Shown: piece after piece, positions 31,911 through 47,000 of the stretch
Layout of the letters: each line of letters starts with the position of its first letter
Numbering within the stretch: the stretch's first letter is position 1
Assembly: GCA_965248355.1 (NCBI GenBank)
Contig: OZ252098.1
Span: 3,552,001 to 3,616,000, forward strand
Length of the DNA: 64,000 nt
Direction of reading: 5' to 3'
Source: Candidatus Latescibacterota bacterium
GTDB lineage: Bacteria > Latescibacterota > UBA2968 > UBA8231
Translations under genes and position numbers: made by a program
Notes under the pieces: model-generated
What the model saw: the letters and a program-made list of their open reading frames with translations, nothing else
Database searches by the model: none
Told to the model about the DNA's origin: nothing

Positions 31911-32888
31911 ATGCGCACCAAGAAGCTCGGACGGACCGGCCTCGAGGTCTCCATCGTCGGCCTCGGCACCGCCTTTCTCGGTATTCCCCAGGCCAACGAG
32001 GCGGCCCGTGCCTATTCCATGCCCGGCCAGCCTTTCGACGTGAAGGCCGATCCGGAGATGGGCGCGCAAGCCGTGATCGCGGCCATCGAAGGGGGCTGCA
32101 CCCTCGTCGACACGGCGCCCCTGTACCTGGCGGCGGAGTCGGAGAGGATGATCGGCGACGCCCTCCGCCAGCGGCCGGATCTGAAGTCGCGGGTCACCGT
32201 GACCACGAAGGTGGGCCAGCTCTACGAGGATATCGATCATTCCAGGGACGCCGTGCTGCGGCACGTGGAGGGGAGCCTTCGCCGGCTTGGGCTCGAGCGC
32301 TTCGACCTCCTCTACATCCACGACGCCATGGACGTGCCCATGGCCCGGGTCATGGCCGACGACGGCGCCCTCGGGGCGCTGCGCCGGTTGCAGGACGAGG
32401 GCGTGGTCACCTGGGTGGGCACGGCATCCAACGTACCGGCCACGAACGTGGAGTACATCGAGACCGGGGCCTTCGACGCCGCAGTGATTCCCGAGTGCTG
32501 GAGCCTGCTCAACCAGAGGGCCGCGGAGCGTATCCTCCCGGCGGCGGAGAAGCACGACGTGGGCCTGGTGGGAGCCACGCCCCTGGAGCGCGGCCTCCTG
32601 GCCACCGGGCGGGTGCCGGGGCGCAGCTACCTGGCCCGGCGCTTCACCCCCGAGGTGATGGATCACGTCACCCGCATCCAGGGGCTGTGCGCCGATCACG
32701 GGGTGGCCATGAACGCCGTGGCCCTGCAGTGGTGCACCCGCCATCCCCAGGTGGCGTCCACCATCCCGGGGGCGCGCACGCCCGCCGAGGCCGAGGCCAA
32801 CGCCGAGGCCGGCTCCGCCCCGATTCCGGAGGCCCTCTGGCAGGATCTGGAGCCGCTCGTCCGGCACTGGCCCGTGAGCGAGGTGTGA
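31911..32888 (+). CDS. aldo/keto reductase
   Basis: LGRTGLEVS..GLG, DTAPLY, TTKVG, SLRRLG..D...IH, IPGART. Confidence 0.9.
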   Translation: MRTKKLGRTGLEVSIVGLGTAFLGIPQANEAARAYSMPGQPFDVKADPEMGAQAVIAAIEGGCTLVDTAPLYLAAESERMIGDALRQRPDLKSRVTVTTKVGQLYEDIDHSRDAVLRHVEGSLRRLGLERFDLLYIHDAMDVPMARVMADDGALGALRRLQDEGVVTWVGTASNVPATNVEYIETGAFDAAVIPECWSLLNQRAAERILPAAEKHDVGLVGATPLERGLLATGRVPGRSYLARRFTPEVMDHVTRIQGLCADHGVAMNAVALQWCTRHPQVASTIPGARTPAEAEANAEAGSAPIPEALWQDLEPLVRHWPVSEV

Positions 32889-32966
32889 ACCGGCGGGGCC
32901 GATCTCCGGCCCCCGGACTTCCCGAACCCCGGCGGCTCAAGAGCCGCCAACCTCGAGGAGGGCGAC

Positions 32967-33272
32967 ATGGCGGTGCGAATCGACGCTAAGAGCACGAGGC
33001 TGTCCGAGTCGACGAAGGAGCACATCGAGGGGGTCTGCGCCAAGTTCGACCAGTTCTTCGACCGCATCGTCGACACCGAGGTCATCCTCGACCTGCAGGA
33101 CAAGCACAGGCACGCCACCTCGGTGGAGATCATCGTCAAGGTCCCGAACCAGCGGATCGTGGGCAAGGGGGAGACGGCGGACAACAATCTCTTCAAGGCC
33201 GTCGACGATGCCGCCCACCGGGTGGAGTCGCAGCTCAGGAAGTACCACGACAAGCTCGTAACGCACCGCTGA
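32967..33272 (+). CDS. hpf: ribosome hibernation promoting factor (short HPF/RaiA)
   Basis: GGAGG RBS; HPF fold pattern ending N.FKAVD.A...VESQLRKYHDK. Confidence 0.85.
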   Translation: MAVRIDAKSTRLSESTKEHIEGVCAKFDQFFDRIVDTEVILDLQDKHRHATSVEIIVKVPNQRIVGKGETADNNLFKAVDDAAHRVESQLRKYHDKLVTHR

Positions 33273-33397
33273 CGGACCGGCCGGGTCCGCAGGCAGGGGG
33301 CGCGCCAGGTGGGGCCGACCCTCTGGATCCTCAGCGCCCTGTTCGTCATTCGCTATCTCTTCGCCTGACAGCGGAGGGGCTCGGGGGGATGCGCCCC

Positions 33398-33973
33398 TCA
33401 CCCCACGAAGATGGCCTCGTCCGGCCAGTCGGCGGCCAGCTGGGCTCCGTCCATGTTGACCGTTGGCAGGTAGTTGTGCTCGCGGCGGATCAGCCCGAGG
33501 ACGCGCATGGTCCGCACCTCCTGGATGCAGTCCTCTCCGTGGTTGTTCCGGATCGAGGGGATGATCTGGGCCTGGAGGCTGTCGGTCACGTCGGAATCCG
33601 AAGCTCCCTCGACGACCATGACCAGGGCGATGTGACCGTCGGTCTCGGCCAGGTAGCTGTCGCGGATGAGCTCGGAGAACACGTTGGCCACGTTGGGCTC
33701 CTCGCGGATCTCCCGCTCGACCTGGGCCCGGGTCACGCCCAGCCGGAACTTGATGATGACCATGTGCTGGGTGGTGCCCCCGGCGCCCTGGGAACGCTCC
33801 CTGTCGATGGCGGCGTAGTACTTCAGGATCCCCTGCTCCTCCAGCCGCTGACGCTTGCGGCGCACCGAGCGCACCGGGACTCCGGTCTCCCTGGCGATGC
33901 GGTTTTCCGGGGCGCGGGGACTGCGGATCAGGGCACGGAGGATGCTGCGCTCCTGATCGTCGAGATCATGCAT
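33398..33973 (-). CDS. Lrp/AsnC-family transcriptional regulator
   Basis: LDDQERSILRAL...PR.....IARETGV....VRRKRQRLEEQGIL HTH, then a RAM-like domain; divergent from gltB. Confidence 0.8.
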   Translation of the reverse strand: MHDLDDQERSILRALIRSPRAPENRIARETGVPVRSVRRKRQRLEEQGILKYYAAIDRERSQGAGGTTQHMVIIKFRLGVTRAQVEREIREEPNVANVFSELIRDSYLAETDGHIALVMVVEGASDSDVTDSLQAQIIPSIRNNHGEDCIQEVRTMRVLGLIRREHNYLPTVNMDGAQLAADWPDEAIFVG

Positions 33974-34081
33974 GGCCGCATTTATGCCTCCGAAAGGGTT
34001 CCAGTGTCAATTTAGGCCATTTGTCCGGGTATGGATAGGCCTATACAAGCGCTTCAGGCCCGAATCCTGGCAGTCGTTTCG

Positions 34082-34110
34082 TTGACATTTTCTCCTCCCC
34101 GTTCTATAGT
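34082..34110 (+). promoter_or_regulatory. sigma70-like promoter of gltBD
   Basis: TTGACA(34082)-17 bp-TATAGT(34105). Confidence 0.75.
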
Positions 34111-34183
34111 TAGTCGCTCACTTGTGATTCGACGCGAGGTTCAGCGCCCTCCTCACCCCTGGGCGCCTCCCCAAAGGATCCCC

Positions 34184-38785
<4,602 letters not shown>

Positions 38786-38803
38786 CGAGAGAGATCCCGG
38801 TCC

Positions 38804-40294
38804 ATGGCCAAACCCACCGGATTCATGGAGTTCGAGCGCGAGCTGCCCGCCGAGCGCGACCCCGTGGAGCGCCTGCAGGACTTCGACGAGTTCCACCGGC
38901 ACCTCAGCGACGAGCGCATGCGCGACCAGGGGGCCCGGTGCATGGACTGCGGGATCCCCTTCTGCCACACGGGGACCACCCTGCCGGAGGACTCGCCCTT
39001 CGCCTCGGGCTGTCCCATCAACAACCTGATCCCGGAGTGGAACGACCTCGTCTACCGGGGGATGTGGCAGGAGGCGCTCGAGCGCCTGCACAAGACCAAC
39101 AACTTCCCCGAGTTCACCGGGCGGGTCTGTCCGGCCCCTTGCGAGGGCTCGTGCGTGCTGGGGATCAACGAGCCGGCCGTGACGATCAAGAACATCGAGG
39201 TCTCCATCATCGACAAGGCCTGGGACGAGGGCTGGGTGGTGCCGGAGCCCCCGGACCGGCGCACGGGGAAGCGGGTGGCCGTCGTCGGCTCCGGTCCCGC
39301 GGGGCTCTGCTGCGCCATGCAGCTGAACCGCGCCGGCCACCGCGTGACCGTGTACGAGCGCTCCGACCGGGCCGGCGGCCTGCTGATGTACGGCATCCCC
39401 AACATGAAGCTGGACAAGCGCCTCGTGCAGCGCCGGGTCGACCAGATGGCCGCCGAGGGCGTGACCTTCGTGACCAACACCGAGGTCGGTGTCGACCTGG
39501 AGGTGCAACAGCTCGTGGACGCCTTCGACGCCGCGGTGCTGTGCACGGGGGCGCTGAAACCGCGCGACCTCGATGTGCCGGGCCGCGGGCTTCGGGGGGT
39601 GCATCAGGCCCTGGACTACCTGCACGTCAACACCAAGTCCCTCCTCGACTCGGGGCTCGAGGACGGGGACTACATCTCGGCGAAGGACAGGAACGTGATC
39701 GTCCTCGGGGGCGGCGACACCGGCACCGACTGCGTCGGCACGGCCCTGCGCCACGGGTGCCGGAGCCTCTTCCAGTTCGACATCATCCCGGCCCCGCCGG
39801 ACGAGCGCACCACCGGCAACCCCTGGCCGGAGTGGCCCAAGGTCTACAAACTCGACTACGGCCAGGAAGAGGCCGCCGCCCTGTACGGCGACGACCCCCG
39901 GGAGTACCTGCTGAGCACGGTGGAGTTCCTCGACGACGGCGGCGGCCACCTCCGCGGCCTGGTGACCCGCGCGGTGGAGTGGGTACCGGCCGGGGACGGT
40001 CCTCCCTTCCGGGAAGTGCCCGGCACCGAGAAGGAGTGGCCGGCGGAGCTGGTGCTGCTGTCCATGGGCTGGCTGGGTCCGCAGGATACCCTGCCCGACG
40101 CCCTGGCCCTGGTGCGGGACCGCCGCTCGAACGTCCAGGCGGAGGAGGGCAAGTACGCCACCAGCATCCCCGGCGTCTTCGCCGCCGGCGACGTGCGCCG
40201 CGGCATGAGCCTGGTGGTCTGGGCCTTCAAGGAGGGGCGCGAGGCCGCCCGCGAGTGCGACCGCTACCTGATGGGCACCACGAGCCTGCCCTGA
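38804..40294 (+). CDS. gltD: glutamate synthase small subunit
   Basis: [55 protein letters not shown]. Confidence 0.97.
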   Translation: MAKPTGFMEFERELPAERDPVERLQDFDEFHRHLSDERMRDQGARCMDCGIPFCHTGTTLPEDSPFASGCPINNLIPEWNDLVYRGMWQEALERLHKTNNFPEFTGRVCPAPCEGSCVLGINEPAVTIKNIEVSIIDKAWDEGWVVPEPPDRRTGKRVAVVGSGPAGLCCAMQLNRAGHRVTVYERSDRAGGLLMYGIPNMKLDKRLVQRRVDQMAAEGVTFVTNTEVGVDLEVQQLVDAFDAAVLCTGALKPRDLDVPGRGLRGVHQALDYLHVNTKSLLDSGLEDGDYISAKDRNVIVLGGGDTGTDCVGTALRHGCRSLFQFDIIPAPPDERTTGNPWPEWPKVYKLDYGQEEAAALYGDDPREYLLSTVEFLDDGGGHLRGLVTRAVEWVPAGDGPPFREVPGTEKEWPAELVLLSMGWLGPQDTLPDALALVRDRRSNVQAEEGKYATSIPGVFAAGDVRRGMSLVVWAFKEGREAARECDRYLMGTTSLP

Positions 40295-40312
40295 GGGCCT
40301 CTCCCAATTCTC

Positions 40313-40756
<444 letters not shown>

Positions 40757-40786
40757 GCCCCGCCCGGCCCCACGCGGGCCCGTTCC

Positions 40787-40861
40787 GTAACATGGTTCAC
40801 CGCAGGCCCCCCGGGATCCTCCCGTTGACGGTTTGGGATCCTCTGGTTAACATCGTTCACC
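40787..40861 (+). promoter_or_regulatory. promoter with two putative TetR operators
   Basis: TTGACG(40825)-17 bp-TAACAT(40848); near-identical boxes GTAACATGGTTCACC (40787-40801) and TTAACATCGTTCACC (40847-40861). Confidence 0.7.
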
Positions 40862-40862
40862 C

Positions 40863-42935
40863 ATGGACCGAACGGATATTCTCACCCGGGCCTGCGAGCT
40901 CTATCTGGAGGGCGGCGCCGAAGCCGTCTCCATGCGCCGGTTGGCCCGCGATCTCGGGGTCACCGCCCCGGCCCTCTACCGTCACTACGACAGCCGCGAG
41001 GAGATGCTCCTCGACGTCGTCGCCGAGGCCTACCGGCGGCTGAGCGAGCGGCTCTACGGCGCCCTCTCCGGCCGCACCCCCGCCGAGCGGCTCTACCTGG
41101 CCGGCCAGGCCTATCTCGATTTCGCCCTCGATCAGCCGAAGTACTATGAGATGCTCTACACGCCCGCCCACACCCTCGGGGCGGAAGAACTCCCCGATCA
41201 GGTGACGGAGCAGGTCGCCAGCGTCGGCCGGTTCTTCAACGACCGCGTGCGCGAGTGCATCGACGCCGGCCTCTTCCAGCCCCTCGACCCCGCCGACGTG
41301 TCCGGCACCCTGTGGGCCCACGCCCACGGCCTGATCTCCATCTACCTGCGCGGCTGTCTGGACATGGAGGCCGACGAGTTCCGCCGCCACTACGGGGCCT
41401 CGAGCCGGCGGGCGATCACCGGCATGGCCACCCCCGCCTACGAGGTTGAGATGGACCGCGCCATCGAGGACCTCTCCCGGGCGGAGGCCCGCCGGGAATC
41501 CGGGGGCAAGGGCCGCCTGCGCTCCCAGGCCGCGACCTGGCTGACCTGGGTGCTGACGGCTTTCGGCGGCGCCCCTGTGGCCGCGGAGACCACACCCGGC
41601 CAGGAGTTGGTCCTGAGCATCGACGAGGCCGTGAATCTGGCCCTGGACCGCGGCCGGGCGCTGACGGAGGCGCGCCTGCTCCTGACCGAGGCCGAGGAGC
41701 GGGTCTCCGAGGCCTGGGGAGAGGTCTTTCCGCGCCTCGACTTCTCCGCCAGCTACGTGCGCAACATCTCGCCGCCCGTCTCCTTCGTGCCGGCGAGAAT
41801 CTTCAATCCCGCGGCCCCGGAAGGTGAGTTCCTCTCCCTGGAGTTCGGGGCCGACAACAGCTGGCAGAGCGCCCTCACCTTGCGGCAGCCCCTGTTCGAC
41901 CCGAAGGCCCTGGTCGGCCTCGGTGCGGCCGAAAACTACCGGCGCCTCCAGCGGGAGATGGTCCGCGGCCACTCCCAGCAGGTGGCCACACGGGTGCGCC
42001 TCCTCTGCTACGACCTGCTGCTGCGCGGCGAGGAGGTGCGCCTCATCGAGCGCTCCCTGGATCGCCTGCGGCAGGCCCTCGAGGAGACGCGCGCGCGGGC
42101 CCGGGCGGGCCTGGCCTCCGACTACGACGTGCTGCGGCTCGAGGTCGAGCTGGCCACCCTCGAGCCGCGCCTGCTGCTCGCCGGCAACGCCAGGGCTTCG
42201 GGGCGCCGCCGGCTGGGTCTGGAGCTGGCCGTCGACGACCCCGGACGCCTGCGGTTGTCCGAGAGGGGAACCCTCACCACGGCCAGGCCCGGCCTCGAGC
42301 TTCCGGCCGGAGATCTCGTGCAGACGGCGCTGGCCCGCCGCTCCGACGTGCGCCAGCTCGAGCAGAACGCCGCGCTGCGCCGGAGACTCCTGCGGCGGGA
42401 GCAGGCGGAGTACCTGCCCAGGGTTTCCCTGTTCGCCACGTGGGACGTGCAGGCGCAGCAGGACGGAAGACCCGACTTCTTCGGCAGCGCCAACAACCGC
42501 GCCACCAGCAAGATCGCCGGCCTGTCCGTGGAGCTGCCCCTGTTCAGCGGCCTGCAGCGGGACGCCCGCATCGATCGGGAGCGGGCCGTCCTGCGCCAGG
42601 GCCAGGTGCGGGCGCAGATGGCGCGGGACGAGGCGGCGGTCCAGGTCCAGGACCTGAAGGAGGCCCTGGCCGAGGCCGCCCAGCGCGAGGGCGGCCAGCG
42701 CCTCGCCGTGTCCCAGGCGCGGCGGGGATTCGAGATCGCCAGCGCCCGCTACCGCGAGGGTCTCGGCAGCCGGCTCGATGTGACCGACGCCGAGGTCGCC
42801 CTGCGGCAGAGTGAGTTCAACATGGCCCAGGCGGCCCACGACCGGCTCGCCAGGCGGGCCCAGCTCGACCTCGCCATCGGCCGGGTGCCTCCCGTCGACG
42901 GCGAGGCCGCAACCGATTCGGAGGAGATGGAGTGA
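40863..42935 (+). CDS. TetR-family regulator fused in frame to a TolC-family outer-membrane efflux protein
   Basis: aa ~1-190: SMRRLARDLGVTAPALYRHY HTH and LWAHAHG (WHG-type) domain; aa ~220-241 signal-peptide-like; remainder has two OEP repeats (FPRLDFSASY, LRQPLFD, YLPRVSL, VELPLFSG, RYREGL...LDV.DAE). No stop between the domains. Confidence 0.88.
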   Translation: MDRTDILTRACELYLEGGAEAVSMRRLARDLGVTAPALYRHYDSREEMLLDVVAEAYRRLSERLYGALSGRTPAERLYLAGQAYLDFALDQPKYYEMLYTPAHTLGAEELPDQVTEQVASVGRFFNDRVRECIDAGLFQPLDPADVSGTLWAHAHGLISIYLRGCLDMEADEFRRHYGASSRRAITGMATPAYEVEMDRAIEDLSRAEARRESGGKGRLRSQAATWLTWVLTAFGGAPVAAETTPGQELVLSIDEAVNLALDRGRALTEARLLLTEAEERVSEAWGEVFPRLDFSASYVRNISPPVSFVPARIFNPAAPEGEFLSLEFGADNSWQSALTLRQPLFDPKALVGLGAAENYRRLQREMVRGHSQQVATRVRLLCYDLLLRGEEVRLIERSLDRLRQALEETRARARAGLASDYDVLRLEVELATLEPRLLLAGNARASGRRRLGLELAVDDPGRLRLSERGTLTTARPGLELPAGDLVQTALARRSDVRQLEQNAALRRRLLRREQAEYLPRVSLFATWDVQAQQDGRPDFFGSANNRATSKIAGLSVELPLFSGLQRDARIDRERAVLRQGQVRAQMARDEAAVQVQDLKEALAEAAQREGGQRLAVSQARRGFEIASARYREGLGSRLDVTDAEVALRQSEFNMAQAAHDRLARRAQLDLAIGRVPPVDGEAATDSEEME

Positions 42936-44014
42936 GCAAGCCCTTCCACCCAGCGCGCCTCATCCAGGGCGCCCCCCTCCTCGCAACCGCGGCTCTGTTC
43001 CTGGGCGGCTGCGGCGGCGAGTCCGAGGCCCTCGACGAGGCGCCGGCCGCCGACACGCACCGCATCATCAACGTCGAGGTCATGACCCTGACCCCGCGGA
43101 CCTTCACCGACAGGATCCGTCTCACCGGCACGGTCCGCGCCGACCGCGAGGTGACGGTGAGCACCGAGGAAGGCGGCACCGTGGCGGCGATCCTGGCCGA
43201 CAAGGGCGAGAGGGTGCGCCGTGGGCAGGCCCTGGTGCGGCTGGACGACGAGTTGCTGCGCGCCCAGCGCGACGAGGCCGAGGCCCAGGCGGCCCTGGCG
43301 GCGGATCTGTGGGGGCGCAAGAAGCGGCTTTTCGAAGAGGAACGCATCGGCACCGAGGGGGACTACCTCGAGGCCCGCTACACCGCCGAGCAGACCCGGG
43401 CCCGTCTCGACCTGATCCAAGCGCGGCTCCGGCGCACCGTCGTGCGGGCGCCCTTCGACGGCCTCCTCGACCAGCGCCTGCTGGAGGTCGGCTCGGTCAT
43501 CGCCCCGGGCCAGGCGGTGGGCCGCATCCTCGACCTGGAGCCGCTGAGGGTGACCACCGGCGTTCCCGAGCGCTACGCGGCCAAAGTGGCCCCCGGCGAC
43601 CAGGCGGTCGTCGCCTTCGCCGCCCTCGCGGACACCTGCGGGGCCACGGTGACCTACGTGGGGGCCGCCGTCGACGGCCGCCATCGCACCTTTCTCGTCG
43701 AGCTCGACCTCGAGCGTCCGGTGGCCGGGGCCAAGCCGGCCATGGTCGCCGAGGTGACCCTCGACCTCGAGGTCCATCCGCAGGCCATCATGGTGCCCCA
43801 CGAGGCCCTGGTGCGCACCGAGGAAGGCTTCACCGCCTTCGTCGCCGCCGGCGGAGAGGAGGGCCCCGTGGCCCGGGCGCGCCCGGTCACTCTCGGCGCC
43901 TCCGGCGGCGACCAGGTGGTGGCCACCTCCGGACTGGAGCCCGCGGACCGCCTCATCGTCGTCGGCCAGCAGCAGGTGGCGGACGGCGACCGCCTGCGCA
44001 TCGTCACCAGATGA
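42932..44014 (+). CDS. RND efflux periplasmic adaptor (membrane fusion protein)
   Basis: Lipobox FLGGC, G.V..ILADKGERV..GQ.LV.LD, VRAPFDG, GL..ADRLIVVGQ. Confidence 0.92.
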   Translation: MSKPFHPARLIQGAPLLATAALFLGGCGGESEALDEAPAADTHRIINVEVMTLTPRTFTDRIRLTGTVRADREVTVSTEEGGTVAAILADKGERVRRGQALVRLDDELLRAQRDEAEAQAALAADLWGRKKRLFEEERIGTEGDYLEARYTAEQTRARLDLIQARLRRTVVRAPFDGLLDQRLLEVGSVIAPGQAVGRILDLEPLRVTTGVPERYAAKVAPGDQAVVAFAALADTCGATVTYVGAAVDGRHRTFLVELDLERPVAGAKPAMVAEVTLDLEVHPQAIMVPHEALVRTEEGFTAFVAAGGEEGPVARARPVTLGASGGDQVVATSGLEPADRLIVVGQQQVADGDRLRIVTR

Positions 44015-47000
44015 CCGATCGTCCCGGCGGCCTCGACGCCTTCAAGGAGTTGCCCGTCACCTCGTGGGCGGTGCGTCACGGCACCAGCATGCTGATGCTG
44101 TTCGCCATCATCGCCCTGGCCGGGGTCCTGGCCTACCGCAGCGTCCCCAAGGAATCCTTCCCCGAGATCGAGATCCCCGTTGTCGCGGTGAACACCATCT
44201 ACCCGGGGGTGTCGCCCAGGGACATGGAGTCCCTGGTGACGCGGGTGATGGAGCAGGAGCTGAGGACCCTCCCGGACCTGAAGGAGCTGACCTCCACCTC
44301 CGTCGAGGGCTATTCGAGCGTGGTGGCCGAGTTCAGCACCGAGGTCGATCTCCAGGAGGCCCTGCGGCAGGTGCGGGAGAAGGTCGACCTGGCCAAGGGC
44401 GAGCTCCCCGCCGACGCCGAGGAGCCCCGGATCTTCGAGTTCGACTTCCAGGACGTTCCGATCCTGCAGGTGAACCTGTCCGGACTGTACGGGCTGGTTC
44501 GCCTCAAGCAGGTTGGCGAGGAGCTGGAGGACCGCCTCGAGCAGATCCCGTCGGTGCTGCGAGTCGACTTGCGGGGGGGCCGCGAGCGCGAGGTCCAGAT
44601 CGACGTGTCCCTGCCGCGCCTGCTCTACTACGGCCTGACCCTGAAGGACGTGGTCGAGACGGTGCGCAACGAGAACGTCAACATCCCCGGCGGCTCGATC
44701 GACGTGGGCGAGCTGAAGTTCCTGGTCCGCGTCGACGGCGAGATCGACGACCCCCTGGCGATCGGCGACCTCGTGGTGGACGCGCCGGAGGGCCGCCCGG
44801 TGTACGTGCGCGACGTGGCCGACGTCGACTTCGGCTTCGCCGAGCGCCAGAGCTACGCCCGCCTCGACGGCCGGCCGGTGGTGACCCTCGACGTGATCAA
44901 GCGCACGGGCGAGAACATCATCGAGACCTCCGACGCGGTGCACGCCGCGATCGCCGGGATGGAGGCCGAGTTCCCTCCCGGCACCGTGGTGAAGACCACC
45001 TCGGACATGTCCCGGGACATCCGCATGATGGTCAGCAGCCTGGAGAACAACATCCTCTCCGGCCTGCTGCTGATCGTGGCCGTCCTCCTGTTCTTCCTCG
45101 GCGTGCGCACCTCGGTCTTCGTGGGCCTCGCCATCCCCACGTCGATGCTGCTCTCCTTCCTCGTTCTCGGGCTGCTCGGCGTGACCATGAACATGGTGGT
45201 CCTGTTCTCGCTGATCCTGGCCCTCGGCATGCTGGTGGACAACGCCATCGTGATCGTGGAGAACACCTACCGCTACGTGGAGGAGGGCTGGGACCGGGCC
45301 GTGGCCGCCCGCAAGGCCACGGGCGAGGTGGCCCTGCCCGTCATCGCCTCGACCCTCACGACCGTGGCCGCCTTCGGTCCGCTCCTGTTCTGGCCCGGCA
45401 TCGTCGGGGAGTTCATGAAATACCTGCCCACGACGCTGATCGTGACCCTCTCCAGCTCCCTCTTCGTGGCTCTCGTGATCGTCCCGGTGCTGTGCAGCCG
45501 GTGGCTGCGGGTGGAGGGAGACCGCGGCCACAGGCTGCCGTCGACCGGGCGCTGGGTCCTGACCGGCCTGGCCCTGGCGGCCGCCGCCGGGCTGGCCGCG
45601 GTCAACGCCGTGACCCTGGCCCTTCTGGCGGGCACGGCCCTGGCCGCCCTGCTTGCCCACCGATGGATCCTCGGTCCCCTGGCCCGGCGGTTCCAGGGGA
45701 CGGGCTTGCCATGGCTCCTCGACCGTTACGAGGGGGCCCTGGGCTGGGCCCTCGGCCACCGCCTCATCGTCGTGGCGGGATCCTTCGCCGTGCTGGTGGC
45801 CACGGCCGCCGCCTTCTCCAAGTTCAACCACGGCATCGAGTTCTTCCCCGAGGACATCCCGCCGCGGCAGGTCTGGGTCGACGTGGAGACCCCGGTGGGC
45901 ACGCGCGTCGAGTTCCTCGACGGCATCGCCCGCGAGCTGGAGCTGCAGGTGCGGGACGTGGAGGGCTTCGAAGACGCCGAATCGGAGGTGACCACGGTAG
46001 GCGCCGGCGGCAACCCGCTCATGGGCGGCACCCGGGGAGCCAACAACGCCCGCCTCATGGTGAACTTCGCCGACTACCAGGAGCGGCGGTTCGACACCTT
46101 CCTGACCCTGGCCCGCATGCAGCAGGGGGTGGGGCGCGAGATCGCCGGCGCCGAGATCTCCGTGGACATGCCGGTGGACGGGCCGCCCCAGGGAGCGCCC
46201 GTGAACATCGAGATCGTCGGCAGGGATCCCACGGTGCTCAAGGACCTGTCCGATCGCGTCCTGCAAGTCCTGAGGAACGCTCCCGTGGGCCAGAAGCTCA
46301 GCGGCCTGGAGAGCGATCTCGACGAGGCCCGCCCCGAGCTGGCCGTCCACGTGGACCGCGAGAAGGCCGCCCTCTACGGCTTGTCGACGGCGCAGGTGGC
46401 CGGCGTCGTGCGCACCGCCATCCAGGGCACGGAGGCGAGCCGGTACCGCACCGGCAACGACGAGTACGACGTCGTCGTCCGTCTCGCCGAGCCGTGGCGG
46501 CGCGATCTGGAGTCCCTGCGCGACCTGGTTCTGGAGAACGATCCGGGCGAGCAGATCCCGCTGGTCTCCGTGGCCGACTGGACGGTGGGGGAGGGGCTCG
46601 GCTCGATCCGCCGCAAGGACATGGACCGCATGGCCACGATCAGCTCGGACGTGCGCGCCGGACTCAACAAGAACGCCGTGCTCGCCGAGGTGAAGCAGAG
46701 CCTGGAGCCCTTCGTCGAGCAGGAGCTGCCGCCGGGTTACAAGGTGCGGTACACCGGCCAGTCGGAGGACCAGGCCGAGGCCGAGGGCTTCCTGACCACG
46801 GCCTTCCTCGCCGCCCTGGGCCTGATCGCCTTCATCCTCGTGACCCAGTTCAACTCGGTGATCAAGCCCGTCATCATCCTCACCTCGGTGATCATGTCCA
46901 CCGCCGGGGTCCTCCTCGGGCTCATGGTCTTCCAGATGCCCTTCGGGATCATCATGACCGGCGTCGGCATCATCTCCCTGGCCGGGATCGTGGTCAACAA

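Noticed and set aside
42811..44010. Apparent 400-aa N-terminal extension of the RND permease
   Set aside because: It is an off-frame reading of the MFP gene; the real start is ATG 44011 overlapping the MFP stop. The TetR-TolC case differs because both halves are recognisable domains in the same frame.
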